Under the pieces are notes generated by a model. It worked only from the letters and a program-made list of their open reading frames with translations. It did not search any database and was not told the origin of the DNA. Positions 9,730 through 20,741 of a DNA stretch of 64,000 nucleotides are shown here, piece by piece (the stretch's first letter is position 1; every line of letters starts with the position of its first letter). Both the position numbers and the translations under genes were made by a program. The DNA is taken from assembly GCA_019057635.1 (NCBI GenBank), contig DXJL01000104.1, positions 1 through 64,000 on the forward strand, in the 5' to 3' direction. This DNA is from Candidatus Heimdallarchaeota archaeon. Its GTDB lineage: Archaea; Asgardarchaeota; Heimdallarchaeia; Hodarchaeales; Hodarchaeaceae.

Positions 9730-10992
9730 GTGGTATCAATGAACATAAAAAAATCAATAGACACGGCAAATCAAGAAGCTCTAGAAAAGATGGCACGTGT
9801 ACAACCAATTTTGGTTGACATCGATCTTGCGATTAACGTTATTCCTGGAATGGATAAAAAAACAGTTTTGCATGCAGGCCCGCCTATTGACTGGGAAAAA
9901 ATGTCAGGACCGACAAAAGGTGCAATTGCTGGGATATTAGTATACGAAGGATTAGCTGATTCAATTGAAGATGGTTACGATTTAGCCGCATCAGGGGAGA
10001 TAAAATTTGATCCAAATCATGATCATGATGCAGTTGGCCCCATGACAGGGGTTACTGCGCCTCATCAATCCGTATTTGTATTAGAAGATCCCAAAACTAA
10101 AGCAAGAGCTTTTTGTACACTAAACGAAGGTAGAGGAAAAGTTCTAAGATTCGGTGGGTGGGGTGATGATGTTTTAAAGCGTCTTAACTGGATGAAAGAT
10201 ATTTTAGCACCTACTATGAAAAAAGCCATCATTCATTCCAAAGGAATTGATATTAAGTCAATAATATCTGAATCCCTTCATATGGGGGATGAGGCCCATA
10301 ATAGAAACCGATCAGGTACTTATCTTTTCTTAAGTGAACTAACACCTCATCTTTTAGATACCGCTGATTCAGAAATCGTAAAAGAAGTATTTCAATTTGT
10401 TAAAGATAATGCAGATATTTTTCACTTAAATTTATCTATGCCTCACTCAAAGCTAATTGCGGATGCGGCTCGTGACATCGAATATTGTTCTTTAATGGTC
10501 GCTATGGCTCGGAATGGTACTGATATTGGTATTCAAGTTTCGGGATTAGGTCGATCATGGTTTACCTCCCCAGCAACGATGGTAGATGGATTGTATTTTC
10601 CTGGATATTCAACAGCCGACGCCTGCCCAGATTTAGGCGATTCCACGATTTCTGAAGTTATTGGAATAGGTGGATTTGCAATGGCAGCCTCTCCAGCCAT
10701 TGTATCTTTTGTTGGTGGGGTTGCAACCGATGCAGTGTCCAGAACTGAAAGAATGTACGAAATAACAGAGGGGATAAGTAAATCATTTACAATTCCAATT
10801 CTAAATTTTCGCGGAACACCGACAGGTGTCGATATACGACGAGTGGTAGAATTAAATGAGACTCCTCTCATTAATACTGGTATTGCTCATAAAGATGCTG
10901 GAGTTGGCCAAATCGGTGCAGGTTTAACAGCTGCTCCTATCGAAATGTTCCAAGATGCATTGCGTACATTTGGAAAGAAATTTCTTGGTTAA
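9730..10992 (+). CDS. ylbE: DUF1116 / YlbE (AllG) family protein
   Basis: LHAGPPI, HDAVGPMTG, LNEGRGKVLRFG, MGDEAHNRN, MARNG, DLGDS, PLINTGIAHK and GVGQIGAG. Confidence 0.9.
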   Translation: MVSMNIKKSIDTANQEALEKMARVQPILVDIDLAINVIPGMDKKTVLHAGPPIDWEKMSGPTKGAIAGILVYEGLADSIEDGYDLAASGEIKFDPNHDHDAVGPMTGVTAPHQSVFVLEDPKTKARAFCTLNEGRGKVLRFGGWGDDVLKRLNWMKDILAPTMKKAIIHSKGIDIKSIISESLHMGDEAHNRNRSGTYLFLSELTPHLLDTADSEIVKEVFQFVKDNADIFHLNLSMPHSKLIADAARDIEYCSLMVAMARNGTDIGIQVSGLGRSWFTSPATMVDGLYFPGYSTADACPDLGDSTISEVIGIGGFAMAASPAIVSFVGGVATDAVSRTERMYEITEGISKSFTIPILNFRGTPTGVDIRRVVELNETPLINTGIAHKDAGVGQIGAGLTAAPIEMFQDALRTFGKKFLG

Positions 10993-11019
10993 CAATAAAA
11001 ATGAAATGTGTGAGTAAAA

Positions 11020-11568
11020 CTGGAGCCAACAAACAAATCTCATTCTTCGAGCCATTCTCATGAAGCAATTTCCCTTCGAAAGGAACTTCTAGAACTATTA
11101 GAAAATGCTAGCACTCGAATCGAATTTTTAAGTGCAGCAGTAACTCCCCTTGTATCAGTTGCTATGTCCGCATCTGTGCTAACCTTTCTTTCTCTTCAAT
11201 TTTTCTTTAGTGGAACATTACTTTCAACCCGATTACTTGCTGGTGTTAATATACTAATGCTTCTTTGTATGGTATTTATTTCCTTAATTACGCAAATTAT
11301 GATTCATCGTGCTCGACTGCGTTTAGCTCGAGTGAAACACGATTTGAATATCGAAAAGATATTGGATCAGGATCATTTTAACGAGAAGGAACACCAAGTG
11401 TTAATCAAGTTAAGCCATTTAGCAATTAAAAGTAGATCAACCATTGATCGCGTACAATGGTTATACAACCACGGCTTATTCCAAATCTTATATATTCTAA
11501 TTTCATTGACTGTAGTTGGTCTCATTTTGATTACGATAAGTGAAATTCCATTGAGGGTCCATTTATAG
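11020..11568 (+). CDS. Hypothetical membrane protein (3 TM)
   Basis: The frame is open from 11014. CTG at 11020 is a possible start; the first ATG is at 11164. Three hydrophobic segments. Confidence 0.6.
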   Translation: MEPTNKSHSSSHSHEAISLRKELLELLENASTRIEFLSAAVTPLVSVAMSASVLTFLSLQFFFSGTLLSTRLLAGVNILMLLCMVFISLITQIMIHRARLRLARVKHDLNIEKILDQDHFNEKEHQVLIKLSHLAIKSRSTIDRVQWLYNHGLFQILYILISLTVVGLILITISEIPLRVHL

Positions 11569-11680
11569 AGATTCATGGGCTATAAGCAATTTCTGCAATT
11601 ACCACCATAACAAGAGGACCGTTAAAGTAGTTTATATACAATTTATTCTTGGTAAGAATTTACTAATGGGGAGGGAATTT

Positions 11681-14050
11681 TTACCCCCATTTCAATATAA
11701 GGCGTCCTTCTGCACGAGCAATGATATCCTCTCGCTCCCATAACATAGGATGATATTCTCCATTATACCAAATTGGTATCAAATCATCGTAATGTTCACT
11801 CGCTAAATGTCCCGATTGACCTGGAGCATATATCATCAATGATTTTGATAAGTCATTCATGTCAATTATTTGTCTATGAGATGGAGCCCACGCATTAACA
11901 TCGTATGGGTCATCTGCGTGAATTGCAGTTTGACAAAGAGTGTCTGTATCTCCACCGATTGGAATATTACCCCGATCAAAAACCTGATCAAGTGGTTTTT
12001 TAAGCCCTAATGCATGGGGGAAGTGGATCTTGTGAAGTATACCCCACCGCCAACCTGTAGGTTTTTTACCGCATGAATTTGATAACCATATGACTGTTTT
12101 CTTCAAATTCCGGATGATTATTTCTTTTGTTCCCCCTGCCTCTTGGATCCACCAAGAATCAGGTGTTTTTAGCAAACGCATAATAGTATAAGTATCATGA
12201 CCATAAAATTCATTAGCATGATACAAAACTGGATTAAATCCTTTTCCCATAATTTCTAGTACTAATTTCTCGCTTAAACCACAACTTAGAATATCGCGAA
12301 CTATATTGTATCGTAAAACTTCGTAAATCGCTCCACCTATTGAGTCAGTAGATAATACTCCATTCCAATCGGTTAAGAGCTGTAAAGCCACTGAGGCTTC
12401 TGTGTCATCGTTGATAGCTATTTCTAAATCTCTTACGAATTCCACAAATTGCTGTCCAGGTAAACATGTAACATCCATTTGCATTGCTTTGAAATCTTCC
12501 ACAGAAAGTTTGCCTCCTTTATCAGCAAGAATTTGTTCGAATCGTTTTGCTCTCGCTCCATTCATCCACACCTCACCCAAAAAATAGGGAAAATCATCAG
12601 GAACGATTTTATGATTACAATTAATGATATATCCTTGTTTTGGATTTAGAGCGTGCGGCATCGATTCAAAGGGAACTTCTCCCTGCCATTCGTTTGAATC
12701 ATTCCATCCTGGAACAGGTATATTCCCCTTATGTCCATTTGCTCTAATCGGAACTTTTCCTGTAACCCAATAGCCTATATTATTGTTCACATCCGCATAA
12801 GACATATTTAATTGTGTGGCATCAATGAATTGCATAGCTTCTACAAATTCATTCCAATTAGCTGCTTTATTCAACAAGAAATAACCCTGTAACGCTTGAC
12901 TGGGCTTTAAGGCCATTGAATTAGTTGCAATTCGGGTTTTTGTCCCCTCGATGACATCACTTATTATTGGCCCATGGCGAGTAATCAATACTTTCTCTAT
13001 ATGAGGTTCCTCTTGTCCTTTAACAATAATCTCTTCTTCAATAACTTCGGCATCTACCCATTTTCCATTTACTTCATATTGTGTGGGATCTTCTTCATTC
13101 ATTTTCTCGATAAATAGATCTTCTGCATCAGTAAAGGCTAAAGTACTTCCCCAGGCAATGTTTTGATTGTGGCCTACGAGAATCAACGGGTTTCCACTTA
13201 ATGAAACTCCAGAAACGTTAAACCCAGCTCCGATTAAATGAGTTTCATACCAAATACTCGGAAGCATTAGTGATAAATGCATATCATTGCACAAATAAGT
13301 ATGTCCAGATGTACTTCTCTCCGAAGAAATAACCCAAGTATTACTTCCTTGACTTCGTGCTAGGAAAGGACCACTAGACCCCGAAAGTATTCCATTTTTA
13401 TTCAAGACATTAAATTCTATACCATTAGGTAGAGTGATGGGGTGTGTATCAGGAAAATTAATTTCTAATTCTGCAGCGTGCGCACTCCCAACTTCCTCAA
13501 CAATTTTTGCCCGAATAAGTTCTCCCAGCCATGCGTGAGAGAGTTGCCATAACATGACTCGTGTAAATGCACAGCAGTCTTGCGGAGTCCATACTCCCGG
13601 CCTATGCCTAATCAGAGTGAATTCTACAGGTAATTTTGATTTTTTATTCTTTAAAAATGCGTTAACACCATTTGTATATGCTTGTATACATTCTTTCACT
13701 TCCTCTGAGGCATAATCCCAATCTATTTTGCCTAATCTAGCGAATCCAAATGTTCGAGCAGTACGATCTGTTTCGATAGCAATATCACCAAAAATCTCGC
13801 TTAATGTTCCATTCGCAGTCCTTCTGTTAATTTCCATCTGCCATATTCGATCTTGCGCCTGCACGAATCCTTGGGCAAAAAATAGATCATGTGAATGGTC
13901 GGCAAATATGTGTGGAATACCCCATTTATCCCGAATGATCTCAACTGATTTCCCTCTTAATCCTTCTACGTCTATCTGTCCATCAGTAATGGGTAATCGA
14001 CGTTTACTCATCTGAGTTAATGTAAACCTCATTATCTTGCCTATAACCAT
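11681..14050 (-). CDS. Penicillin acylase family (Ntn hydrolase)
   Basis: IIRDKWGIPHIFA, AQGFVQAQDRIWQM, GSNTWVIS (nucleophile Ser), NDMHL and PGQSGH. Confidence 0.95.
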   Translation of the reverse strand: MVIGKIMRFTLTQMSKRRLPITDGQIDVEGLRGKSVEIIRDKWGIPHIFADHSHDLFFAQGFVQAQDRIWQMEINRRTANGTLSEIFGDIAIETDRTARTFGFARLGKIDWDYASEEVKECIQAYTNGVNAFLKNKKSKLPVEFTLIRHRPGVWTPQDCCAFTRVMLWQLSHAWLGELIRAKIVEEVGSAHAAELEINFPDTHPITLPNGIEFNVLNKNGILSGSSGPFLARSQGSNTWVISSERSTSGHTYLCNDMHLSLMLPSIWYETHLIGAGFNVSGVSLSGNPLILVGHNQNIAWGSTLAFTDAEDLFIEKMNEEDPTQYEVNGKWVDAEVIEEEIIVKGQEEPHIEKVLITRHGPIISDVIEGTKTRIATNSMALKPSQALQGYFLLNKAANWNEFVEAMQFIDATQLNMSYADVNNNIGYWVTGKVPIRANGHKGNIPVPGWNDSNEWQGEVPFESMPHALNPKQGYIINCNHKIVPDDFPYFLGEVWMNGARAKRFEQILADKGGKLSVEDFKAMQMDVTCLPGQQFVEFVRDLEIAINDDTEASVALQLLTDWNGVLSTDSIGGAIYEVLRYNIVRDILSCGLSEKLVLEIMGKGFNPVLYHANEFYGHDTYTIMRLLKTPDSWWIQEAGGTKEIIIRNLKKTVIWLSNSCGKKPTGWRWGILHKIHFPHALGLKKPLDQVFDRGNIPIGGDTDTLCQTAIHADDPYDVNAWAPSHRQIIDMNDLSKSLMIYAPGQSGHLASEHYDDLIPIWYNGEYHPMLWEREDIIARAEGRLILKWG

Positions 14051-14575
14051 CTTATTTTTCGTCCTGATCTTAAATGCATTTTCAAAATTATTTCATTGAG
14101 CAACTTGGAAGGAATTCTTAAACTTTTAGGATTAGATATTGAATATAGGTAGGAAATCTAGTATAAAAAGCGGATTTAGACTAAGGGTACGGAACAAAAC
14201 GTCCAGACAGGTCTTAAGGAATGAATTTATGCTTAAAGAACTGATGAGAACAGAAATTTTATTCTTAGTAAAACCAAAGGCACTTCTCTTCTTAGGAGAA
14301 ATTAAATGTGAAAAGACTGGATAGAGGTTAAGAACTGGGAAGATAAATGGGGGTAGATTAATTTGATATCCGTCTACAAGACTTTTTTATTTCTAAATTG
14401 ACCTCTTCATACCAACGTCAAACTACTTTAAAATGGCAATAGTAATTTCTCGTTGGTTCTAGGATAAAGGAAGAGTCCAAGGAAGAGTATAGTGAATACT
14501 AGGTCTATTTCTATTTCCTAAACCGTTTGCCAGATTCTATGTATATAAATATGCTATTCACGAAGAGTATATATA

Positions 14576-17476
14576 ATGGTTTCCAGTAAGAAAGAGGTAA
14601 TTTCTGTTCAAAATGCTCGTGTTCATAATCTCCGTAACCTATCGGTAGATATCCCTCATAATAAGCTAGTAGTAATAACAGGCGTTTCTGGGAGCGGAAA
14701 ATCAAGCTTAGCTTTTGATGTAATTTTTGCAGAAGGACAGAGACGATATGTAGAATCTTTATCTGCATATGCACGACAATTTCTTGGAAGAATGCAAAAA
14801 CCTGATGTTGACCTAATTGAAGGGTTAAGCCCCGCAGTTAGTATTGAACAGAAAACGACAAGTAAAAATCCTCGTTCGACTGTTGGAACTCAAACAGAAA
14901 TTTATGATTATCTTCGCCTTCTATATGCAAACGTTGGAATCCCTCATTGTACATCATGTGGTAAAGAATTAAAGATTCAAACCCCTCAATCTATTGCCAG
15001 AACAATTCGTTCATGGGAAGAAGGAACACGCATCAAAATATTGGCACCAATAATTCGAGGGAAGAAAGGAACTCACCACACACAGTGGGATCGTCTGACG
15101 GAAATGGGATATGCGCGAGTGCGTGTAGACAATGAGGAATATGAACTCACCGATCCACCTAAATTAGATCGGTATAAAATTCACACAATCGAGGTAATTA
15201 TTGACCGATTGGTGATTAATGCAAACCTTGCGAAATCACGTCTTATCGAGGCCATTGAGCAAGCCTTAGCGCTGGGCGAGGGGATTATCCTTGTCACAAA
15301 GATTGAAAATGGTGCAAAATCTGAGTCCGATAATTTATTCTCGGAAAATTATGCATGTGCAGATTGTTCATTATCCTTTGAAGAATTAAAACCACGAAAT
15401 TTTAGCTTTAACTCTCCATGGGGAAGTTGTCCAGACTGTCAGGGATTAGGTAAAACCCTTAAAATCGACCCTGACCTGATCATAACCAATTTTGACCTAA
15501 CCTTCCGCAATGGAGGTGTTATGGATAAACAACTGGAACCAGGAACATGGAGATACTCTTATTATACCGCTCTTGATAAGGCTTGGGATGACTTTTCAGT
15601 CGATACTCCTATGAAGGATCTTTCTGAGGAAGTAATTAACCGTCTTCTCCATGGTTCTTCGGAGAATATTAGTGTAGTTTTTGAATCTGAAAAAAGCCGC
15701 TGGGAATCGAAACAACATCATCACGAAGGTATTGTTAATACTTTATACCGTCGGTACCAGGAAACTAAATCCGATTATTCTCGGAGATATTACGAGAGTT
15801 TTATGCGAAAAGATCTTTGTGCAACGTGTCAAGGGAAACGTCTCAAACCTTCCAGTCTCGCAGTCACTATCAATGATAAAACTATTGTAGACATTAGTAA
15901 TACTACGATTGAGCAATGTTTGACTTGGATTGCGGAAACAAGAGAAGGTTTGTCCAAAACCCACCAAAAGATTGCATATAATATCTTAAGAGAAATTGAA
16001 AGTCGATTAAAGTTTCTGATTTCCGTCGGTTTACCGTATTTAACCTTAGATCGAGCATCAATGACACTTTCAGGTGGAGAATCCCAGCGTATACGATTAG
16101 CGACTCAAATTGGCTCGGCACTTGTAGGAGTCACTTACGTTTTGGATGAGCCTTCAATAGGTCTTCATGCGAGAGATCAAGATAAATTACTAATGTCTTT
16201 AAAGAATTTACGGGCAATTGGGAATACTGTTATTGCAGTTGAACATGATCATCAAACAATTCTGGCAGCTGACCATGTTATAGATCTTGGGCCTGGTCCA
16301 GGTATTCATGGTGGCACTCTTGTCGCTCAAGGGACACCAGAAGTTATTATGAACACTCCAGAATCATATACAGGAGCATACTTATCTGGAAAAAAGGTCA
16401 TTCAAATTCCTAAAAGCCGAACAAATGGAAATGGAAATAAAATAACAATTGTTGGTGCCAAAGAAAACAATTTGAAGAATATTACAATCGCATTTCCTCT
16501 TGGAAGATTCATTTGTCTTACAGGTGTATCAGGTTCAGGAAAATCGACGTTGATGAACGATACCTTGTATAAAGGAATGATGAAATACTTACATGGATCA
16601 AAAGGAAGAGTAGGTATCCACAAAAAGTTTGTAGGGCTCGAAAATGTTGATAAAGTCATAAATATCGATCAGAGTCCTATCGGAAGAACTCCACGGAGTA
16701 ATCCAGCTACATATACGGGGGTATGGGATCATATTCGACAACTATTTTCTCAATTAAAAGAAGCTAAATTACGAGGGTATAAACCAGGTCGTTTTTCGTT
16801 TAATGTCAAAGGTGGTAGGTGTGAAACGTGTCACGGAGGAGGGCAAATCAAAATCGAATTGTCTTTTTTACCTGATGTCTGGATTACGTGTGAAGAATGT
16901 AAGGGAAAAAGATACAACTCAGAAACTCTTGAGATTCGTTACAAAGGTAAAAATATCTCTGATATCCTTGTTCTAACTGTTGAGGAGGGGTTGGAATTCT
17001 TCGCAAATATTATCCCTATCAAAAAGAAGCTTCAAACAATTGTTGATGTAGGACTTGGGTATATCCAAATTGGTCAAGCTGCAACTACTTTATCAGGTGG
17101 TGAAGCTCAACGTGTCAAATTAGCGAAGGAATTGTCAAAGAAATCCACAGGTAAAACTTTTTACATCCTAGACGAACCCACTACTGGACTCTCAACTCAC
17201 GATATTTCATTTCTACTCACAGTTCTGCAGCGACTTGTCAAAGAAGGTAATACTGTGGTAGTCATTGAGCACAATCTTGATGTGATTAAGACTTGTGACT
17301 GGATCATTGAGTTAGGCCCCGAAGGGGGTGAGAATGGCGGGTTAGTTCTTGCAACTGGAACTCCTGAAAAAATTTCTAAAACAGACTGCCCAACTGGGTT
17401 ATTTTTGCGAGATATTCTTGAACTATATTCTACGAGCACTTCACTAAAAGCTAAGCCAATTGAAACAGCGGAATAG
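14576..17476 (+). CDS. uvrA: Excinuclease ABC subunit A
   Basis: GVSGSGKSSLAFD, EGQRRYVESLS, LSGGESQRIRLA, second Walker A GVSGSGKST, LSGGEAQR and Zn fingers. Confidence 0.98.
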   Translation: MVSSKKEVISVQNARVHNLRNLSVDIPHNKLVVITGVSGSGKSSLAFDVIFAEGQRRYVESLSAYARQFLGRMQKPDVDLIEGLSPAVSIEQKTTSKNPRSTVGTQTEIYDYLRLLYANVGIPHCTSCGKELKIQTPQSIARTIRSWEEGTRIKILAPIIRGKKGTHHTQWDRLTEMGYARVRVDNEEYELTDPPKLDRYKIHTIEVIIDRLVINANLAKSRLIEAIEQALALGEGIILVTKIENGAKSESDNLFSENYACADCSLSFEELKPRNFSFNSPWGSCPDCQGLGKTLKIDPDLIITNFDLTFRNGGVMDKQLEPGTWRYSYYTALDKAWDDFSVDTPMKDLSEEVINRLLHGSSENISVVFESEKSRWESKQHHHEGIVNTLYRRYQETKSDYSRRYYESFMRKDLCATCQGKRLKPSSLAVTINDKTIVDISNTTIEQCLTWIAETREGLSKTHQKIAYNILREIESRLKFLISVGLPYLTLDRASMTLSGGESQRIRLATQIGSALVGVTYVLDEPSIGLHARDQDKLLMSLKNLRAIGNTVIAVEHDHQTILAADHVIDLGPGPGIHGGTLVAQGTPEVIMNTPESYTGAYLSGKKVIQIPKSRTNGNGNKITIVGAKENNLKNITIAFPLGRFICLTGVSGSGKSTLMNDTLYKGMMKYLHGSKGRVGIHKKFVGLENVDKVINIDQSPIGRTPRSNPATYTGVWDHIRQLFSQLKEAKLRGYKPGRFSFNVKGGRCETCHGGGQIKIELSFLPDVWITCEECKGKRYNSETLEIRYKGKNISDILVLTVEEGLEFFANIIPIKKKLQTIVDVGLGYIQIGQAATTLSGGEAQRVKLAKELSKKSTGKTFYILDEPTTGLSTHDISFLLTVLQRLVKEGNTVVVIEHNLDVIKTCDWIIELGPEGGENGGLVLATGTPEKISKTDCPTGLFLRDILELYSTSTSLKAKPIETAE

Positions 17477-17606
17477 ATTTTGACCATCTAATTCACTGAT
17501 CAAATTCTACCCACAGCTTCTTCTTTAGTGATTAGTTCATTTCATAACCAAGCGTTTTTATGAAATGATCTAGTGATTATTATTAGTGACTGTAAACTAG
17601 GTCTGC

Positions 17607-18740
17607 ATGGATATGACTCAAAATAATCCAACTAACTTAATCGATGAATCAGAGATTCTCACGATCGACGACTTAAAACGTTTAACAAAGTTAGTTTTCA
17701 TCCCCTCAGGATATATCGTTCAATTAAAAGATCTCGACAATCAAATACTGTGGGAAGATTCTCTAACTACTAAACTCCGCGGTAGTATGATTGGACAAAA
17801 ATGTTACAAAGTTAACTTTGGAAGGGACTATCCTTGTCCCCATTGTACCGCTATGAATAGTATAGAAAAAATGACTCCGCACATAAAGGAAGATCGAAGT
17901 ATTATTGATGGAAAATGGTATCGAATAATCGCCCTTCCCATTATATATGAGGGAAAAGTTGCAGCAATCGAACTCATTCAGAATATTACCGCAGAAAGAC
18001 ATCAAAGACAACTTTATGATTCCCTGCAATCCAAAGATTCTCTAGTATTGAATATTGTCAGACATGATATCCCTAATTATTTGAATATCATAAATATGGC
18101 TTTAGAAAGTCTTAGATTAAACAAAACATTTAAAGAGGAGGATAAACGATTTTTAGATATTGCACAGTCCAACATATCACATACAATATCCATCTTAGAA
18201 GAATTACGAGATTTCAGTAGACTTGAAGATCCATTAACTAATTTAGAGCAACTAGACGTAATTCCAATTCTGGAAAATTGTATCGATGAAATTTCCTCTA
18301 TGTTTCCAGAAAAATCCTTAGATACAGTAATCGATGTGAAAGTTTCGGATCATACTGCAATCATTTGGGCCAATAAACTACTCTCAGATATCTTTCTCAA
18401 TATACTCACTAACGCGGTAAAATTCACTCCTAGCCAAACGGTAGGATTAGAGGTACAAATAACGAACCATCTGGAAGATCAAGAATATATTCAAATTGAA
18501 ATTGTTGATTATGGTAAAGGTATAACTCCCGAGATTAAAGAAGTGTTATTCGATAGGGCAGAGAGGATTAATCGTGGTTGGAAATCCTCAAAAGGATCGA
18601 CAGGTCTCGGTGTGACCATCATTAAATCCTTAGTAGAAATGTTTGGAGGACAAATATTCTACTTGAACAGAGTAAAGGAAGATTGGACAAAAGGAACGAA
18701 AATAATCCTACGATTTCCTCAGGTACTTAGAAAAGATTAA
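17607..18740 (+). CDS. PAS-domain sensor histidine kinase
   Basis: PAS-like GQKCY...PCPHC; H-box RHDI.N; N-box NILTNAVKF; G1 DYGKGI; G2 GSTGLG. Confidence 0.9.
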   Translation: MDMTQNNPTNLIDESEILTIDDLKRLTKLVFIPSGYIVQLKDLDNQILWEDSLTTKLRGSMIGQKCYKVNFGRDYPCPHCTAMNSIEKMTPHIKEDRSIIDGKWYRIIALPIIYEGKVAAIELIQNITAERHQRQLYDSLQSKDSLVLNIVRHDIPNYLNIINMALESLRLNKTFKEEDKRFLDIAQSNISHTISILEELRDFSRLEDPLTNLEQLDVIPILENCIDEISSMFPEKSLDTVIDVKVSDHTAIIWANKLLSDIFLNILTNAVKFTPSQTVGLEVQITNHLEDQEYIQIEIVDYGKGITPEIKEVLFDRAERINRGWKSSKGSTGLGVTIIKSLVEMFGGQIFYLNRVKEDWTKGTKIILRFPQVLRKD

Positions 18741-19042
18741 CGTTTACTGTTCGGTAAGGATCACAGTTCTTGATAACCGGTCCATAATGTAAGTAAACTG
18801 AAGAATTTCGTCATGGCATAAATCTAGTCTAAAGACATATAGACAAATCGATAACTTACTTACTTGCGAGATATGTGTTGAAACAAGTATCTGAATATTA
18901 TTATTCCTTTAATGGAATATTAAATGTCATAATCTAAAGCATTAGACGGGAAGTGGAAGTTCCTCAATATAATGATGCTGAAATAGGCAGTGTTTTCGAC
19001 AATAGTGCTTTAGATACAAAATAACAATAGAAGGTATTAAAT

Positions 19043-19213
19043 ATGACAAAAATAAGCGAAAAATTCAATGAAGCAGCCAGTTTTGGTGCAGTTTTCAATT
19101 CCCTCTTTACATCAGTAAACAGTAATCGACCTAATAAACTAGAACCGTACGTTCCTATCAATATGCGATGTTTAGATTATTCTAAGCCTATCTTTTATTT
19201 GCATATCGGTTGA
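19043..19213 (+). CDS. Possible 56-aa small protein
   Basis: ATG preceded by GAAGGT; fills an otherwise empty gap; no recognisable motif. Confidence 0.3.
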   Translation: MTKISEKFNEAASFGAVFNSLFTSVNSNRPNKLEPYVPINMRCLDYSKPIFYLHIG

Positions 19214-19223
19214 CTTTAAGAAG

Positions 19224-20585
19224 TTACCAATTTCTTATATCGTTCATGATTGACAGAAATTCATTTTCCCAATCAGGAAACTCCTGGGGAGTGCTGGGAT
19301 ATCTATCAAAGAGTTTATCAAATTTTTGTACCCCTTTAGCGATTTTATAGAGATTGAGCAAGAGGTCATAACGTGGAAAACCTTTCAGTATGATTTTCAA
19401 TATTTCACCCTTTCCTAAACCTTTTCCACTGTGTAGGGTCATAAACTGATCCTGAGTGAGGATGTTGCGCTTAAAAAGGTATTCTAGCCCAGGAGTTTTA
19501 ACTTTACGTAACGCCTCTGTGAACAACTGTAATTTGGTATGCGATAAGCCGAAATCTTTCATTACTGCCATGTTATATCCCCATAATTGTTGTTCGCTCG
19601 CATCTTTTACTTTTAAAGCCTCGGAGGATATTTTGCCTGCATAATATCCAGCAGAAAGAGCTGGCCCATGACCTTCTGCTGAAAAAGGGTTCACATGAAA
19701 AGCACTATCACCAGCGGCTATAAAACCAGGAGCGACCGCATTCATTAAAGGATAGCGCGTAGGAATAGTATATCCTCCTTTATCTTCCACCTCATACGTT
19801 CCTTGTGGATAATATTTATGAAGGACTTCCCGAAAAAGCTCTTTCATTCCTTTTTCAACGGACATATCAAGGTACCAACCAATACCTATGTTAAGTCTTT
19901 TTTTTCCTTTGCTAAAGATCCAAAAATATCCTGGCTCAGGAATTATACTGTCATATATTAGTAATACCTTATTATCATACGGATGATCTTCTTTAAGTCG
20001 AATAATTTCCCTATATGAGGCAGCTACATCTCTCTTCTCCATTTTCTTTTCTAAATTAGGAAATAACTCGGGAGGAATCGTTTTTCTTATTTGGTAATTT
20101 CGACCGCTACAATCAATAGTGATGAACGCATGAATTTCATAAGATTCATTGCTCTCTTTCTCTTGGACGATCGCACCTTTTACACCAGTTTCATCAATTA
20201 TTGCTCTAATAGCTTTAGTATCAGCCCGTACTTCTACTCCACTCTCTACTGCAATTTTTAACAGGCGTTGCCCGTACGGATGCCGATTGAGTACGAGTCC
20301 AGGACCAAATAAGGGAAATGTTACCCGTTCTGTCTGGAAGACTAATGATTCTACACTATCAGCCACTTCTTCTCCATGGGGTAATTGAATACCTAATTCC
20401 TTGTCTAGCAATTTTAAGGGACCAAGATTGATCGCATCCCCACAAGTTTTATTCCCAATTTCTGTATATGATTTAGAATCCACTAAGATTACGCTATGCC
20501 CGTTTTTTGCTGCAGTTAATGCTGAAATCACTCCTGCAGGACCCCCACCAACCACTAAGACTTCCGTATTCACCATTATACCCAC
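19224..20585 (-). CDS. Geranylgeranyl reductase family flavoprotein (DGGGPL reductase-like)
   Basis: VVGGGPAG, KTCGDA, GYFWIF and AGDSAFHVNPFSAEG. Confidence 0.9.
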   Translation of the reverse strand: MGIMVNTEVLVVGGGPAGVISALTAAKNGHSVILVDSKSYTEIGNKTCGDAINLGPLKLLDKELGIQLPHGEEVADSVESLVFQTERVTFPLFGPGLVLNRHPYGQRLLKIAVESGVEVRADTKAIRAIIDETGVKGAIVQEKESNESYEIHAFITIDCSGRNYQIRKTIPPELFPNLEKKMEKRDVAASYREIIRLKEDHPYDNKVLLIYDSIIPEPGYFWIFSKGKKRLNIGIGWYLDMSVEKGMKELFREVLHKYYPQGTYEVEDKGGYTIPTRYPLMNAVAPGFIAAGDSAFHVNPFSAEGHGPALSAGYYAGKISSEALKVKDASEQQLWGYNMAVMKDFGLSHTKLQLFTEALRKVKTPGLEYLFKRNILTQDQFMTLHSGKGLGKGEILKIILKGFPRYDLLLNLYKIAKGVQKFDKLFDRYPSTPQEFPDWENEFLSIMNDIRNW

Positions 20586-20741
20586 TTTCGCACCATTCTG
20601 AGAAAAAATTGCACCTGTTAAAAAGAAAATCGGTCATCCACCTCGAATTCAAATTCACAAAACTTTTTTAGTGCGATACCTAGACTCAGACAAATATTAC
20701 TTACAATTTTATTTTGAGCTAGAATCGGAGTAATTAACAAA

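Noticed and set aside
14139-14390. 61-aa ORF and a GTAGA...TCTAC hairpin with a T-run upstream of uvrA.
   Set aside because: No motif, a weak stem and no second copy; neither a gene nor an ncRNA can be supported.
14576-17476. uvrA without uvrB or uvrC as a novel arrangement.
   Set aside because: uvr genes are often unlinked and occur in many mesophilic archaea.
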